Shown here piece by piece: positions 18,942-28,489 of a DNA stretch of 62,065 nt; positions within the stretch are counted from its first letter, which is position 1; each line of letters starts with the position of its first letter. The stretch lies in NCBI GenBank assembly GCA_964500775.1, contig CAZCQG010000005.1, positions 12,853 to 74,917 on the forward strand, given 5' to 3'. The DNA is from an uncultured Campylobacterales bacterium (lineage in GTDB: Bacteria > Campylobacterota > Campylobacteria > Campylobacterales > CAZCQG01). The notes under the pieces were generated by a model, which saw nothing but the letters and a program-made list of their open reading frames with translations, ran no database searches and was not told the DNA's origin. Position numbers and translations under genes: made by a program.

Positions 18942-21900
18942 ATCAACTCCCGCTCATATAATCTCCGCAATCTCGCATCTAACGGATAGAGAATTCTATA
19001 AAACACCGGAACGGCAAGGAGCGTGAGTAACGTAGAGCTAATAAGCCCGCCGATGATAGCCAAAGCCATCGGGCTATTTCCCTCCGCTCCCGCACCGCCG
19101 CCGAACGCCAAAGGAATCATCGCAAAAATCATCGCGCTTGAAGTCATAAGAATCGGACGCAAACGTTTTTCGCCTGCTTCTAGGAGGGCGGATTCTACGT
19201 CTTTACCCTCTTTTATCGCTTTATTCGCAAAGTCCACGACGAGAATCGCGTTTTTCCCTACCATCCCCAAAAGCAATATCACCCCTATCATCACAAAAAG
19301 CGAAAAGGGTTTACCGCTCAAAAATAGTGCCGTGACTACGCCTACGAAACTAAGCGGCATCGAGATCATTATGATAAAAGGCTGGAGAAGCGATTCGTAT
19401 AGTGCGGCGAGTATGAGATAGATAAGCACCGTCGCTAGTCCGACCGCCGCGGCAAAAGCCGCATTTGTCTCTGCCATACGCTCGATGTCGCCGACAAAAC
19501 GATACGTATACCCCTCTTGCAATAACGAATCGCCCTGCTCTTCTACGACCCGTACCACCTCATCGAGTGTTTGGGCGTAGAGATTTGCGGTGACCATGAT
19601 TTTTCTCTCGCGATTAAAGCGGCGTATCGAAGCCACCCCTTCACTCTCTTCTATCTCTACAAGCCCTTCTAGCGAGATACTTTCGCCGTTTGCCCCTTGT
19701 ATTTGCAGCCGTTTGAGATCATCGATATTTTCTCGAAATGCATCTTTTAAGCGGAGGGTGATGTCAAACTGTTTTCCCTCGTCTTCAAAGTTGCTTATCC
19801 CCCGCTCGCTCGAAAAAGCGGCATTGAGCAGCGAGGCGATTTCGCTACTGCTTACTCCAAGACGCTTGGCATTTTCCCTTTTGAGCGTCACGACGATCTC
19901 GGGTTTGCCTAGCTCGTAATCCGTATCGATATTTACCGCTCCTTGGATGCTTGAGAGGAGCGTCACGAATTTTTGGGAGATCGCTTCGATCTCTTTAAAA
20001 TCTCCGCCGGTTATGACTATCTGTACGGGTGCGTTACTCTCGCCTGTCTCAAACGGAGGTACTTCTTCGATAGAAATAGTAAGCATATCAAGTCCGAGTT
20101 TCGCGACCGCGTCTCTGTATCTTTGGACGATCTCCTCTTGTTTCTCTTCCCTTTGGGCTACGGGGACGAGTTTGCAATAGATCTTGACTTTATTCACCTC
20201 TTTTGCCGCGTCGTATCCGATAGAGACCACTTTCGTGAGGATATTTGTATCCTCGTTGAGCAGCCCGATTATGGGTGCGACATACTCTCTGCTTTTCTCC
20301 AAACTTGTCCCTAGCGGCGCTTTTACATATATTTGAAATTCACTATTGTCTTCCATCGGCACAAAATCGCCGCCGACGTATTTGACTATGACGCTAGTGC
20401 CGTACAATAGAGCGATGATTCCGAGAATCGTGATGACTTTATTTTTGAGGAGCGTGCGCAAAACCCGTACGTAAAAAGTATCAAAGGCTACGAAAAAGGG
20501 TTCGGTAGCGCGGTAAAAACGGCTCTCTTTTGCACTAAGCACCCGCGCTGCCACGCTTGGGACGAGCATGACCGCGACAAAATACGAGATAACTACGCCG
20601 CTTGCGACCGTCATCGCAAAGGAGTTAAAGAATTTCCCGACGATTCCGTCCATAAACGCCACGGGGACGAAAACCGCCAAAAGCACCGCTGAGATAGCGA
20701 GTATCGAAAACGCGATCTCTTTGATACCTTCAAACGAAGCTTGAAACGATTCCATTCCGTGTTCGAGTTTTTTGGTGATATTCTCTATCACCACTATCGC
20801 ATCGTCTATAAATATCCCGATAGCAAGCGTCAGTCCGATAAGAGTCAATCTATTGAGATCATATCCGAGCCAATCAATAATGGCAAACGTCCCGATGATA
20901 CTCGTAGGAATCGCCAAAGCCGAGACGATGGTAGCGGTGAGATTCCGCAAGAAAGCAAAAACGATAAGCACCGCCAAAATCGCACCATAAATGAGATCAA
21001 ACGTGACGTTGTCGATATTGACCATAATCTTTTCGGATTTATCCTGCACAAGGGTGAGTGTATACTCCTCTCCTGCGAGCTTCACGAGATCGGGATAGAC
21101 TTTCTTCACCCCCTCTATCACCTCAAGCGAATTTTTTCCCGAGATCTTTTTGACTTCGATATTTACCCCTTGCACTCCATCGAGTGAAGCGTATGAATCT
21201 GCATCTTGCAAGGAATCTTCGATAGTCGCTATCTCCTTTAAAAGCACCCCGGGAAGTATCGAGATGTTTTTGAGCGCCTCTATGCTTTTGGCATCTCCCT
21301 CGGATTTGATGATGTATTCAAAATCGCTGTTTTTGACCTTGCCGCCGCCGGCTTTGAGATTCTCGCTACTGATGATATTTTGTAGTTGGCTTGCGCTTAT
21401 GCGGTATTTATTGAGCATAAAAGGATCAAACGTGATTTTTATCTCTCGATCACGATAGCCGACGATATTGACCTCGCCGACGTTTAAGATTCTTTGGAGT
21501 TTGGGCTTTATCTTTTCATCGGCTAAGCGCATCAGCGAAGCCATATCGCCGCTTTTTGAAGCGATGAAAAGATTGATCACCGCGCCGCTGGTGCCGAGTT
21601 TTTTTACGATAGGTTTCTCGACGTCGCTAGGGAGCGAAGCACTCCCTATTTTATCGCGTACGTCGTTTACGGCTTCGTTTATATCTTTGGTGAGTTTAAA
21701 CTGTACGACGACGCTGCTTAGTCCCGCATAGCTCGTAGAGGTGAGCTTGTCTATGCCGTCGATGCCGCTTAGGGCTTCTTCTATTTTATCGGTCACTTTT
21801 GATTCTACGCTTTCAGGATCTGCGCCGTAAAAGCTTGTCTGTACCGTCACGACGGGAAAATCGATATTCGGATAGAGATCCACGGGCATCGTTTTAAACG

Positions 21901-21976
21901 AAATCAAGCCGAAAACGATAAAGCTCATAACCCCCATCAATGTGGTGATAGGGCGATTGATGGCAAATCTATACAT
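18938..21976 (-). CDS. RND efflux permease (AcrB/HefC family)
   Basis: 1012 aa; PVDLYPNIDFPVV, GIFIDDAIVVIENI, GKNAILVVDF, RLRPILMTS. Confidence 0.95.
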   Translation of the reverse strand: MYRFAINRPITTLMGVMSFIVFGLISFKTMPVDLYPNIDFPVVTVQTSFYGADPESVESKVTDKIEEALSGIDGIDKLTSTSYAGLSSVVVQFKLTKDINEAVNDVRDKIGSASLPSDVEKPIVKKLGTSGAVINLFIASKSGDMASLMRLADEKIKPKLQRILNVGEVNIVGYRDREIKITFDPFMLNKYRISASQLQNIISSENLKAGGGKVKNSDFEYIIKSEGDAKSIEALKNISILPGVLLKEIATIEDSLQDADSYASLDGVQGVNIEVKKISGKNSLEVIEGVKKVYPDLVKLAGEEYTLTLVQDKSEKIMVNIDNVTFDLIYGAILAVLIVFAFLRNLTATIVSALAIPTSIIGTFAIIDWLGYDLNRLTLIGLTLAIGIFIDDAIVVIENITKKLEHGMESFQASFEGIKEIAFSILAISAVLLAVFVPVAFMDGIVGKFFNSFAMTVASGVVISYFVAVMLVPSVAARVLSAKESRFYRATEPFFVAFDTFYVRVLRTLLKNKVITILGIIALLYGTSVIVKYVGGDFVPMEDNSEFQIYVKAPLGTSLEKSREYVAPIIGLLNEDTNILTKVVSIGYDAAKEVNKVKIYCKLVPVAQREEKQEEIVQRYRDAVAKLGLDMLTISIEEVPPFETGESNAPVQIVITGGDFKEIEAISQKFVTLLSSIQGAVNIDTDYELGKPEIVVTLKRENAKRLGVSSSEIASLLNAAFSSERGISNFEDEGKQFDITLRLKDAFRENIDDLKRLQIQGANGESISLEGLVEIEESEGVASIRRFNRERKIMVTANLYAQTLDEVVRVVEEQGDSLLQEGYTYRFVGDIERMAETNAAFAAAVGLATVLIYLILAALYESLLQPFIIMISMPLSFVGVVTALFLSGKPFSLFVMIGVILLLGMVGKNAILVVDFANKAIKEGKDVESALLEAGEKRLRPILMTSSAMIFAMIPLAFGGGAGAEGNSPMALAIIGGLISSTLLTLLAVPVFYRILYPLDARLRRLYERELI

Positions 21977-22716
21977 TACTTAGCACCCTCGATACTTCCC
22001 TCGCCGAAGAGTCCGGGCAATATCCCCTCTGCATACACTTCGGCGCTCATTTTGCGATTCTTCGGATTGACGCTTGGATAGACTTTTGCTATAACCCCTT
22101 CTCTTTGGGTCAAATCCCCGTCGACTCTATAAAGGAATCTATCCCCTTTTTTGACGCTATTCCAGTATTTTTCATCAAAACTCAATACGAGCTTGACCCT
22201 CTCTTTGGAAAAAATATCAAACAGAGTATCCCCTCCTCCGTTTATCCCTTCGCCTAGCTCTACGTATTTAGCGGCGATGATTCCTTCATAGGGGGCGGCG
22301 AGTATCGTTTTATCAAGGATCGCTTGTTTTTGTGCGACGAGATTCTCCCCTTTTTCTAGCTCGATAGCCTTGATGTCGCGCTCTAGTTTTATTTGCTCTA
22401 GTCGCTCCTCTTCTATCACCTCTTTTGCTTTGAGATAGCGCTCATAAGTGTCGTTTGCTTTTTTATAAGATAATTCTGCTGCTTTGAGGCTATTTTTGGC
22501 GAGTAGTAGATCACTTCTCTCGCTTTGATTTTTTAGCTCCAAAAGAATCTCCCCTTTTTTCACCCTATCCCCAACCTCTACGTTTATCTTTCCGACGATA
22601 CCGCTATATGCTAAAGCGAGTGAAGATTCCTTCTCCCCGACTACGTCAAACGTCGCATATACCCCCTCACCGAAAACAAATGTCGCCAAAATCGATAGAA
22701 TCGCCAAAAACCTCAT
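21976..22716 (-). CDS. RND periplasmic adaptor (membrane fusion protein)
   Basis: GIVGKINVEVGDRVKKGEILL lipoyl half, coiled coil, ILAAPYEGII; start placed at the ATGA overlap with the TetR stop. Confidence 0.88.
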   Translation of the reverse strand: MRFLAILSILATFVFGEGVYATFDVVGEKESSLALAYSGIVGKINVEVGDRVKKGEILLELKNQSERSDLLLAKNSLKAAELSYKKANDTYERYLKAKEVIEEERLEQIKLERDIKAIELEKGENLVAQKQAILDKTILAAPYEGIIAAKYVELGEGINGGGDTLFDIFSKERVKLVLSFDEKYWNSVKKGDRFLYRVDGDLTQREGVIAKVYPSVNPKNRKMSAEVYAEGILPGLFGEGSIEGAK

Positions 22717-23327
22717 CGCTTTTCCTTTGTGATTGATTGTAAAACCATACGAATACTTTTGATATTTTCCTCGCTCGCCCTCTCGCAATCTAGCGCAAAC
22801 CCTTTTGAAACCACGACTGCTCCCAAGGTCTGCTCTATGAGTTGCAAAGCAAGCTTCTCGCTCTCTACTTCGTAAAACTCCTCACGCTCTATCCCCTCTT
22901 TTAACAGTCCGCTTAGAATCTGAATATCTATCTCGATTTTTTCGCGAAACTTATGGAGAAAAATCTCGCAATGGTTGAGCAATAGCGCTCCTAAAAACTC
23001 TTGGTACAAGCGCAATAATTTATCCTTGGAATCTTGGGGTAAAAATTTCTCGTACGAGAAAAAATCGATTATCTTCTCTTGGGCGCTTTTATTCTTCGAT
23101 GCCGCTTCTTCTAAATAGTGCGCCCTTTGTTCGAGCACCATCTCCCAAATTTCTAATACTATCTCTTCTTTATTCGCAAAATAAAGATAAAGCGTCCCTT
23201 TTCCTATAGAAGCGCTCTGCGCTATCTCGGCGACGCTACTTTTTTGCAGCCCTTTTTGGGCAAATACGTCTATGGAAGCGAGGGCAATATCTCTTTTCTT
23301 TTTCTCTTTATCGATGATTTTGGGCAT
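22713..23327 (-). CDS. TetR/AcrR family regulator
   Basis: N-terminal HTH FAQKGLQKSSVAEIAQSASIGKGTLYLYFANKEE; first gene of the efflux operon. Confidence 0.92.
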   Translation of the reverse strand: MPKIIDKEKKKRDIALASIDVFAQKGLQKSSVAEIAQSASIGKGTLYLYFANKEEIVLEIWEMVLEQRAHYLEEAASKNKSAQEKIIDFFSYEKFLPQDSKDKLLRLYQEFLGALLLNHCEIFLHKFREKIEIDIQILSGLLKEGIEREEFYEVESEKLALQLIEQTLGAVVVSKGFALDCERASEENIKSIRMVLQSITKEKR

Positions 23328-23339
23328 AGCGCTCCTTTT

Positions 23340-23358
23340 ATGACTGACTGTCGGTCAT
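23340..23358. promoter_or_regulatory. Putative TetR operator
   Basis: Imperfect palindrome ATGACTGACTGTCGGTCAT 12 nt upstream of the tetR start. Confidence 0.65.
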
Positions 23359-23450
23359 TATAAAACGTGTTTACTTAGGATTCATATTTATTCACGATAA
23401 GTTCACGAAAATATCGGAAAATTGACAAAATACAACGTAAGGAGTTTACG

Positions 23451-23963
23451 ATGAAAAAATTTCTCTCTTTAGCAAGTCTTTTGCCGATGCTACTTTTAGC
23501 TGACGGGGGTGCGAGCTTTAGCATCCCCGTAACCCACAGCGAACCTATTTATAGAGATATAGTCACGAAAGTACCTCATACCGAGTGCAAAGACGAAAGT
23601 GTGCGAGTAGAGGTCGATTGCGGCGGCGAAAGAGTCGATAGAAATGCTTTAGGATTTGATACGCTTCTAGGGGTAGCCGCGGGGGTAGCTTTGGGAAATC
23701 AAATAGGGAAAGACCGTACTAAAGACGTCGCGAGAGTCATCGGAGGAATCGGCGGGGGAATCTTGGCAAACCAAATACGCAAAGATAACTCCCAAACCTG
23801 TTACACCACGAGGACGCAAGAGCGCTGCACTACGGTATACGACGAACGTATAGAGCGAGAGGTCGTGGCGTATCGACTCTGCGGCGAGATAAACGGACAT
23901 AAGATTTGCACCGAATCTCCGAGAAAAAAAGAGTATATTGAGGTATATGCGAGTGCAAATTAA
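23451..23963 (+). CDS. Glycine-zipper 2TM exported protein (YcfJ-like)
   Basis: Signal peptide; LLGVAAGVALGNQIGKDR..VARVIGGIGGGILANQI glycine zipper; Cys-containing flanks; RBS AAGGAG. Confidence 0.75.
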   Translation: MKKFLSLASLLPMLLLADGGASFSIPVTHSEPIYRDIVTKVPHTECKDESVRVEVDCGGERVDRNALGFDTLLGVAAGVALGNQIGKDRTKDVARVIGGIGGGILANQIRKDNSQTCYTTRTQERCTTVYDERIEREVVAYRLCGEINGHKICTESPRKKEYIEVYASAN

Positions 23964-24082
23964 AATCTCTTTGTAATCAGCTTGGAGTATAATTTGTCTT
24001 AAACAACGAAACCTCCGTGCAAGCTTTGCTCTTCGCGGTTGCCGCACGACAGGGTTCGTATTTTGAATATTCCGAGGGAAAA

Positions 24083-25450
24083 ATGAAGTACATCACCGAA
24101 GAGACGAGCAAGCTGATAAAAGAGAGTAAGTTGCAAATAAAGAGTTTGGGCGAGCAAAAATACGAATCGCCCTTTAGTTTCAGCATATGTCAAGAGGAGA
24201 GAAATATTGGATTCTTCGAGGACGACGACAGAGTCATAGCCATCATCGACACCAAAACACTCAACGGTGATTTTAAAAAAATAAGCGATTTACCCGCGTT
24301 TGAAAAAGCGGGTCCGAGAGAAAAACTCTATTTCAAGCCCGGCTCGACATACAGCGCGATAGTGACGTGCGGCGGACTTTGCCCGGGATTAAACGCCGTT
24401 ATCAGATCACTGGTGATGATGAGCTGGTATCGGTATGGCAACCATAAAATCTACGGGATAAAATTCGGATACAACGGACTTTCGTCAAAAAATAAGGTCG
24501 ATCCTTTAGAGCTCACCCCCGATCTCGTGCGCGACATAGGACTGCACGGCGGGACGTTTTTGGGTTCTAGCCGCGGCGCACCTCCGGTGGAAGAGATGGT
24601 GGATAGACTAGAAGAGCTCAAAATCGACGTACTGTATGTAATCGGCGGAGACGGCACGCAAAAAGGGGCATTGCGAATCATAGAAGAGATCGAAAAACGC
24701 GGTCTTGCCATCTCGGTAGTGGGAATCCCAAAGACTATTGACAACGACATCGAAGTTATCGATAGATCGTTTGGCTTTGAATCTGCGTTTTCAAAAGCGT
24801 GCGAAGCTATCTACTCGGGCTCTATCGAAGCCAAAGGGGCGCCTAATTGTATCTCTATCGTTAAGGTGATGGGGCGTGATAGCGGGTTTATCGCCGCGCG
24901 CTCTACGGTCGCTACCAATCTCGTAAATTTTTGCCTCGTGCCCGAAATAGAGTTTGACATAGAAGGGGAAAACGGCTTGCTTGAGCATATGGAGCAGAGA
25001 ATCCGTACCCGCGGAAATTGCGTCATCGTCGTCGCCGAAGGTGCGGGGCAAAAATTCTTTGAAGGGGAAAGTGGACTAGATGCTTCGGGCAATAAAATAC
25101 TCCAAGACATCGGTCTGTATCTCAAAGATAAGATAAAACACTACTTTGATAGTAAAAAAATAGAGACCACCATAAAATACATCGATCCAAGCTACATCAT
25201 ACGAAGTTGCCCGCCTACCCCTAGCGATATGTATTTTTGTTCACAACTCGCTCAAATGGCAGTACACGCCGCTATGGCTGGAAAAACGGGAATGGTCGTA
25301 GGGCTAGTGCATAATAAATACGTTCATATTCCGATGGAGCTTGCCACGCTCCAAAGAAAGCGCATCCATCCTCATTCACAGCTTTGGCACTCCGTCATTG
25401 AGGCTACGGGGCAACCCAATTTTATGAAAAGTAGTTGCGAACTTAAATAG
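24083..25450 (+). CDS. pfkA: ATP-dependent 6-phosphofructokinase (group X, plant/spirochaete-like)
   Basis: IVTCGGLCPGLN, GTFLGSSRG, IGGDGT (Gly = ATP type), GIPKTIDND, VMGRDSGF, VVAEGAGQ, KYIDPSYIIRS. Confidence 0.92.
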   Translation: MKYITEETSKLIKESKLQIKSLGEQKYESPFSFSICQEERNIGFFEDDDRVIAIIDTKTLNGDFKKISDLPAFEKAGPREKLYFKPGSTYSAIVTCGGLCPGLNAVIRSLVMMSWYRYGNHKIYGIKFGYNGLSSKNKVDPLELTPDLVRDIGLHGGTFLGSSRGAPPVEEMVDRLEELKIDVLYVIGGDGTQKGALRIIEEIEKRGLAISVVGIPKTIDNDIEVIDRSFGFESAFSKACEAIYSGSIEAKGAPNCISIVKVMGRDSGFIAARSTVATNLVNFCLVPEIEFDIEGENGLLEHMEQRIRTRGNCVIVVAEGAGQKFFEGESGLDASGNKILQDIGLYLKDKIKHYFDSKKIETTIKYIDPSYIIRSCPPTPSDMYFCSQLAQMAVHAAMAGKTGMVVGLVHNKYVHIPMELATLQRKRIHPHSQLWHSVIEATGQPNFMKSSCELK

Positions 25451-25473
25451 CACTTTTAGATAGGGGAATCTCC

Positions 25474-27453
25474 CTATCGCTTCCCATCCACGTTAGCAGA
25501 GGGTTGACCGAAGTAATACCCTTGGGCATAATCAACCCCTATCTCTTTTATGATGTCGTATATCTCTTTTGAATAGACGTACTCGGCGATAGTGCGTATC
25601 CCCATCTTGCTTGCAAAATCAACGATAGTCTGCGTCACCATCCGCGCATTTTTGTCGGTGGTGATGTTTTTAATCATAGAGCCGTCTATTTTGATAAAAT
25701 CGACTTGCAGTTTTAAGAGATACTCAAAGTTTGAATACCCCGTACCGAAGTCATCGATAGAGATTTTCGCACCGAGTTTTTTGAGCTTGTGGACAAAATA
25801 TATCACCCCTTCAAACGTCTCGATTCCTTCTGATTCTATGATCTCTACCACCATCCTATCTTTGAATTCGCCGCTTGAGAGCTCCTGCTCGATATACGAA
25901 GCGACCTCTTTGTTTAAAATATCTTCTATCGAGAGATTGACCGAGAATTGGAACTTGCTATGCCTAAACGTCTCAAACGTATGGCGCAAAACCGCGATGG
26001 TGAGTTTATGGTATATCTTGTTCTTTTTGGCTAATTCTAAAAAGTGTATCGGGGAGATAAACTCTCCCGTATCATCTTCCATACGCATCAATGTTTCGTA
26101 TTTGACTATCTTTCCGCTTTGGCATTCGGCTATAGGCTGATAGAGTGCGACGATTTTATCGTTTTGCAGCGCTTTATTGAGACGTTTCGTCCAGTTGATA
26201 TTTAGCTCGTAGCGCTGTTTTGCCTGCATGCTCTCATCATAGGTCAATTGGTGTTTTTTCTCTTTTTTCGCCACTTTTAACGCAATATCGGCATTAGGCA
26301 AAAGCATCAATGAGCCATACGAGATTCCCGCCGTGACCCGTATACAAATACATTCATTCCCATCCACGATAAATTGTTTTTTGGATATGGCATTGATGAT
26401 GTACGTCGCTAGCGCCTCAAACTCTCTTAAATCCATCTCGCCGGTACTCAAATAGGCAAATTCATCGGCGTGCAACCTATATATTTTTCTAGGATTGGGG
26501 AGGAGTTTTTTGAGGAATTCAGCAAGCTCAACAAGCACCCTATCCCCGATCTCAGGACCGTAGAGATTGGTAAGCTCTTGGAATCTATCGATATTTATGA
26601 TCATCAAAAGAGATTCTATGCTCGCGTCTATATCTTCTAATATGCTATGGCGATTTCGCACTCCCGTGAGAGCATCGTTATAAAATTGGTATTCGATAGA
26701 ATCCAACATTCCGTTAAAAACGGTCTGCATCGAACGAATCTCTTCTATATTATCATCGATACTCACCCGTTTTTTTATATCTTTGCTATTTTTGATGAGA
26801 TTGACGGTTTTGACGAAATTGCGCATAGGGGTTAAGAGATATTTGTGGAAATTTAAAAAGAGTGCGACAAAGGTCGCCATCGAGAAAATCACCATAAAAA
26901 TCATAAAAAAGTTTATGACCTGCCCCAAAGAGACCTTAAGCTCTCCCACGGGATAGGAGATATGTATCACCCCGAGTATGTCGTTAGTTTGTACGTTCGT
27001 ATGACATTTTCGACACTCATTTTGAGCTTTGACGGGAAAATAGTAATCGATGATGTCGTTTTTTCTAATATCTAGAATCTCTTTGCCTTCAAGTGCGTTT
27101 TTGAGATTGTGATTCTTCTCTCTTTGCTCCGCATCGGATTCTATATCCCCGAATAACGCGGCAACCAAAGTACTTCTATACGCTTTTATCGCTAGTTTTT
27201 CATCTACGCCGTTGAGACGACCTACGATGGTATTGAGGTCATCTTTATTCCAGCCTCGCGCCATAGCGGCATAGAGGGTCTCGAATACAAGGGTACTTGT
27301 TTTTCTCGCGTCTACTTGGGCGAGATTCTCTATGGCTTCACGTTTGATATATTCTCCGTAGAAGAGCGAAGCGACAAGAGTGACAAAGAGCATCGTGGCG
27401 ATGATTTTTGCGGTGATTCTCGTGTATGTGGTATTCTTTACATCTTGTTTCAT
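25474..27453 (-). CDS. Membrane GGDEF-EAL protein with periplasmic CxxCH heme-type sensor and HAMP
   Basis: Two TM segments, CRKCH motif, degenerate HADEF, YETLMR, IDDFGTGYSNF, KIDGS, IAEYV, QGYYF. Confidence 0.85.
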   Translation of the reverse strand: MKQDVKNTTYTRITAKIIATMLFVTLVASLFYGEYIKREAIENLAQVDARKTSTLVFETLYAAMARGWNKDDLNTIVGRLNGVDEKLAIKAYRSTLVAALFGDIESDAEQREKNHNLKNALEGKEILDIRKNDIIDYYFPVKAQNECRKCHTNVQTNDILGVIHISYPVGELKVSLGQVINFFMIFMVIFSMATFVALFLNFHKYLLTPMRNFVKTVNLIKNSKDIKKRVSIDDNIEEIRSMQTVFNGMLDSIEYQFYNDALTGVRNRHSILEDIDASIESLLMIINIDRFQELTNLYGPEIGDRVLVELAEFLKKLLPNPRKIYRLHADEFAYLSTGEMDLREFEALATYIINAISKKQFIVDGNECICIRVTAGISYGSLMLLPNADIALKVAKKEKKHQLTYDESMQAKQRYELNINWTKRLNKALQNDKIVALYQPIAECQSGKIVKYETLMRMEDDTGEFISPIHFLELAKKNKIYHKLTIAVLRHTFETFRHSKFQFSVNLSIEDILNKEVASYIEQELSSGEFKDRMVVEIIESEGIETFEGVIYFVHKLKKLGAKISIDDFGTGYSNFEYLLKLQVDFIKIDGSMIKNITTDKNARMVTQTIVDFASKMGIRTIAEYVYSKEIYDIIKEIGVDYAQGYYFGQPSANVDGKR

Positions 27454-27602
27454 ATGTGCACCCGCAGTTTTAATAATGACGCAATGTAGCATATTTTGCT
27501 TAATGCCCCGCTTTCGGCAGATAGCCTAATTTTTATACAAATATATCGAATAATCTATAATCAATAAAATTATAATTCCAATAAAAACACGTAAGGTTGC
27601 CT

Positions 27603-27911
27603 ATGGATTCACCGCGAATTGATGAGAGATACGTCAGTTTTGAGAATATCGATTGTTTTTTAAATGCCTGCCTCGTTGTAGACTGCGTACTGGAAGTACT
27701 CAAAGAGGAAAAAAACAGGAACAAATACTGGGAAAAAGTCCTCCCCTCTATCCCGCAAGCATACTACGACAGAGACGCAAAAGAGGATAAAAGCGAGGCG
27801 CTGCTCTATTTTGTTTGCTCAAACGTTTTTTACATCGAAGAGTTATTTGAAAAAGCCGAGTACGAACCGGGGATACTCGCACTTAGAAGGTGTGAGCTAG
27901 AGTGTTGCTAA
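27603..27911 (+). CDS. cowN: CowN-like nitrogenase CO-protection protein
   Basis: About 100 aa; RYVSFENIDC at the N-terminus, YWE, CSNVFYIEELFE and C-terminal ECC match the recalled CowN pattern. Confidence 0.7.
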   Translation: MDSPRIDERYVSFENIDCFLNACLVVDCVLEVLKEEKNRNKYWEKVLPSIPQAYYDRDAKEDKSEALLYFVCSNVFYIEELFEKAEYEPGILALRRCELECC

Positions 27912-28397
27912 AAGATATGAGAGGCGCATAGATGCTTCGCTATTTCCTTTCAGCCAAGCAAGAAGACTCTCCCCGCCCTCTTTCACGTTTGAAAAACCTC
28001 TCTCCGTAGCGTTGAGCTCAAAACCTCTGTGCACTAGAGCCGCACTCTCCTCCTCGCTCACTCCGAATAGCTTGGAAAAAATATCGCTCGCCACGGCACT
28101 AAATATCTCGTGGTATTGTTGTGCGTATTGGAGGTCGTATTGTTGGCACAAAAAATCTATCGCTCCCAATACGAAGGGGACGATAACGTCTCTATTCTCT
28201 TCTTTTTGCAAAAGCTTGCGCCTCGCCTCTAGCATCAGCTTCTCTTTGGTCGTATCACCGCTATTTTCTTCGGAAAACTCCCCCATATCTATAAGCTCTA
28301 GCGTACTCATAATCAGCGAAGCGCTCATAAAATTATCCATCACCTCGTGTATGACGGCATAGGGCACTTCTACTCTTTTTTGATTCTTACTTTTCAT
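27897..28397 (-). CDS. Hypothetical protein
   Basis: 166 aa ORF with RBS AAAGGA; no motif recognised. Confidence 0.6.
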   Translation of the reverse strand: MKSKNQKRVEVPYAVIHEVMDNFMSASLIMSTLELIDMGEFSEENSGDTTKEKLMLEARRKLLQKEENRDVIVPFVLGAIDFLCQQYDLQYAQQYHEIFSAVASDIFSKLFGVSEEESAALVHRGFELNATERGFSNVKEGGESLLAWLKGNSEASMRLSYLLATL

Positions 28398-28489
28398 CCG
28401 TTTCCTTTTTATTATCATTATTCTAACATTTTTAGACAAAAGTAAAAAACACTCGTTATAATGGATGTAAATTTTCGACAAGAAGCCTG

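Noticed and set aside
27490-27602. Sigma54 (-24/-12) promoter upstream of the CowN-like gene
   Set aside because: No GG-N10-GC element found on the coding strand
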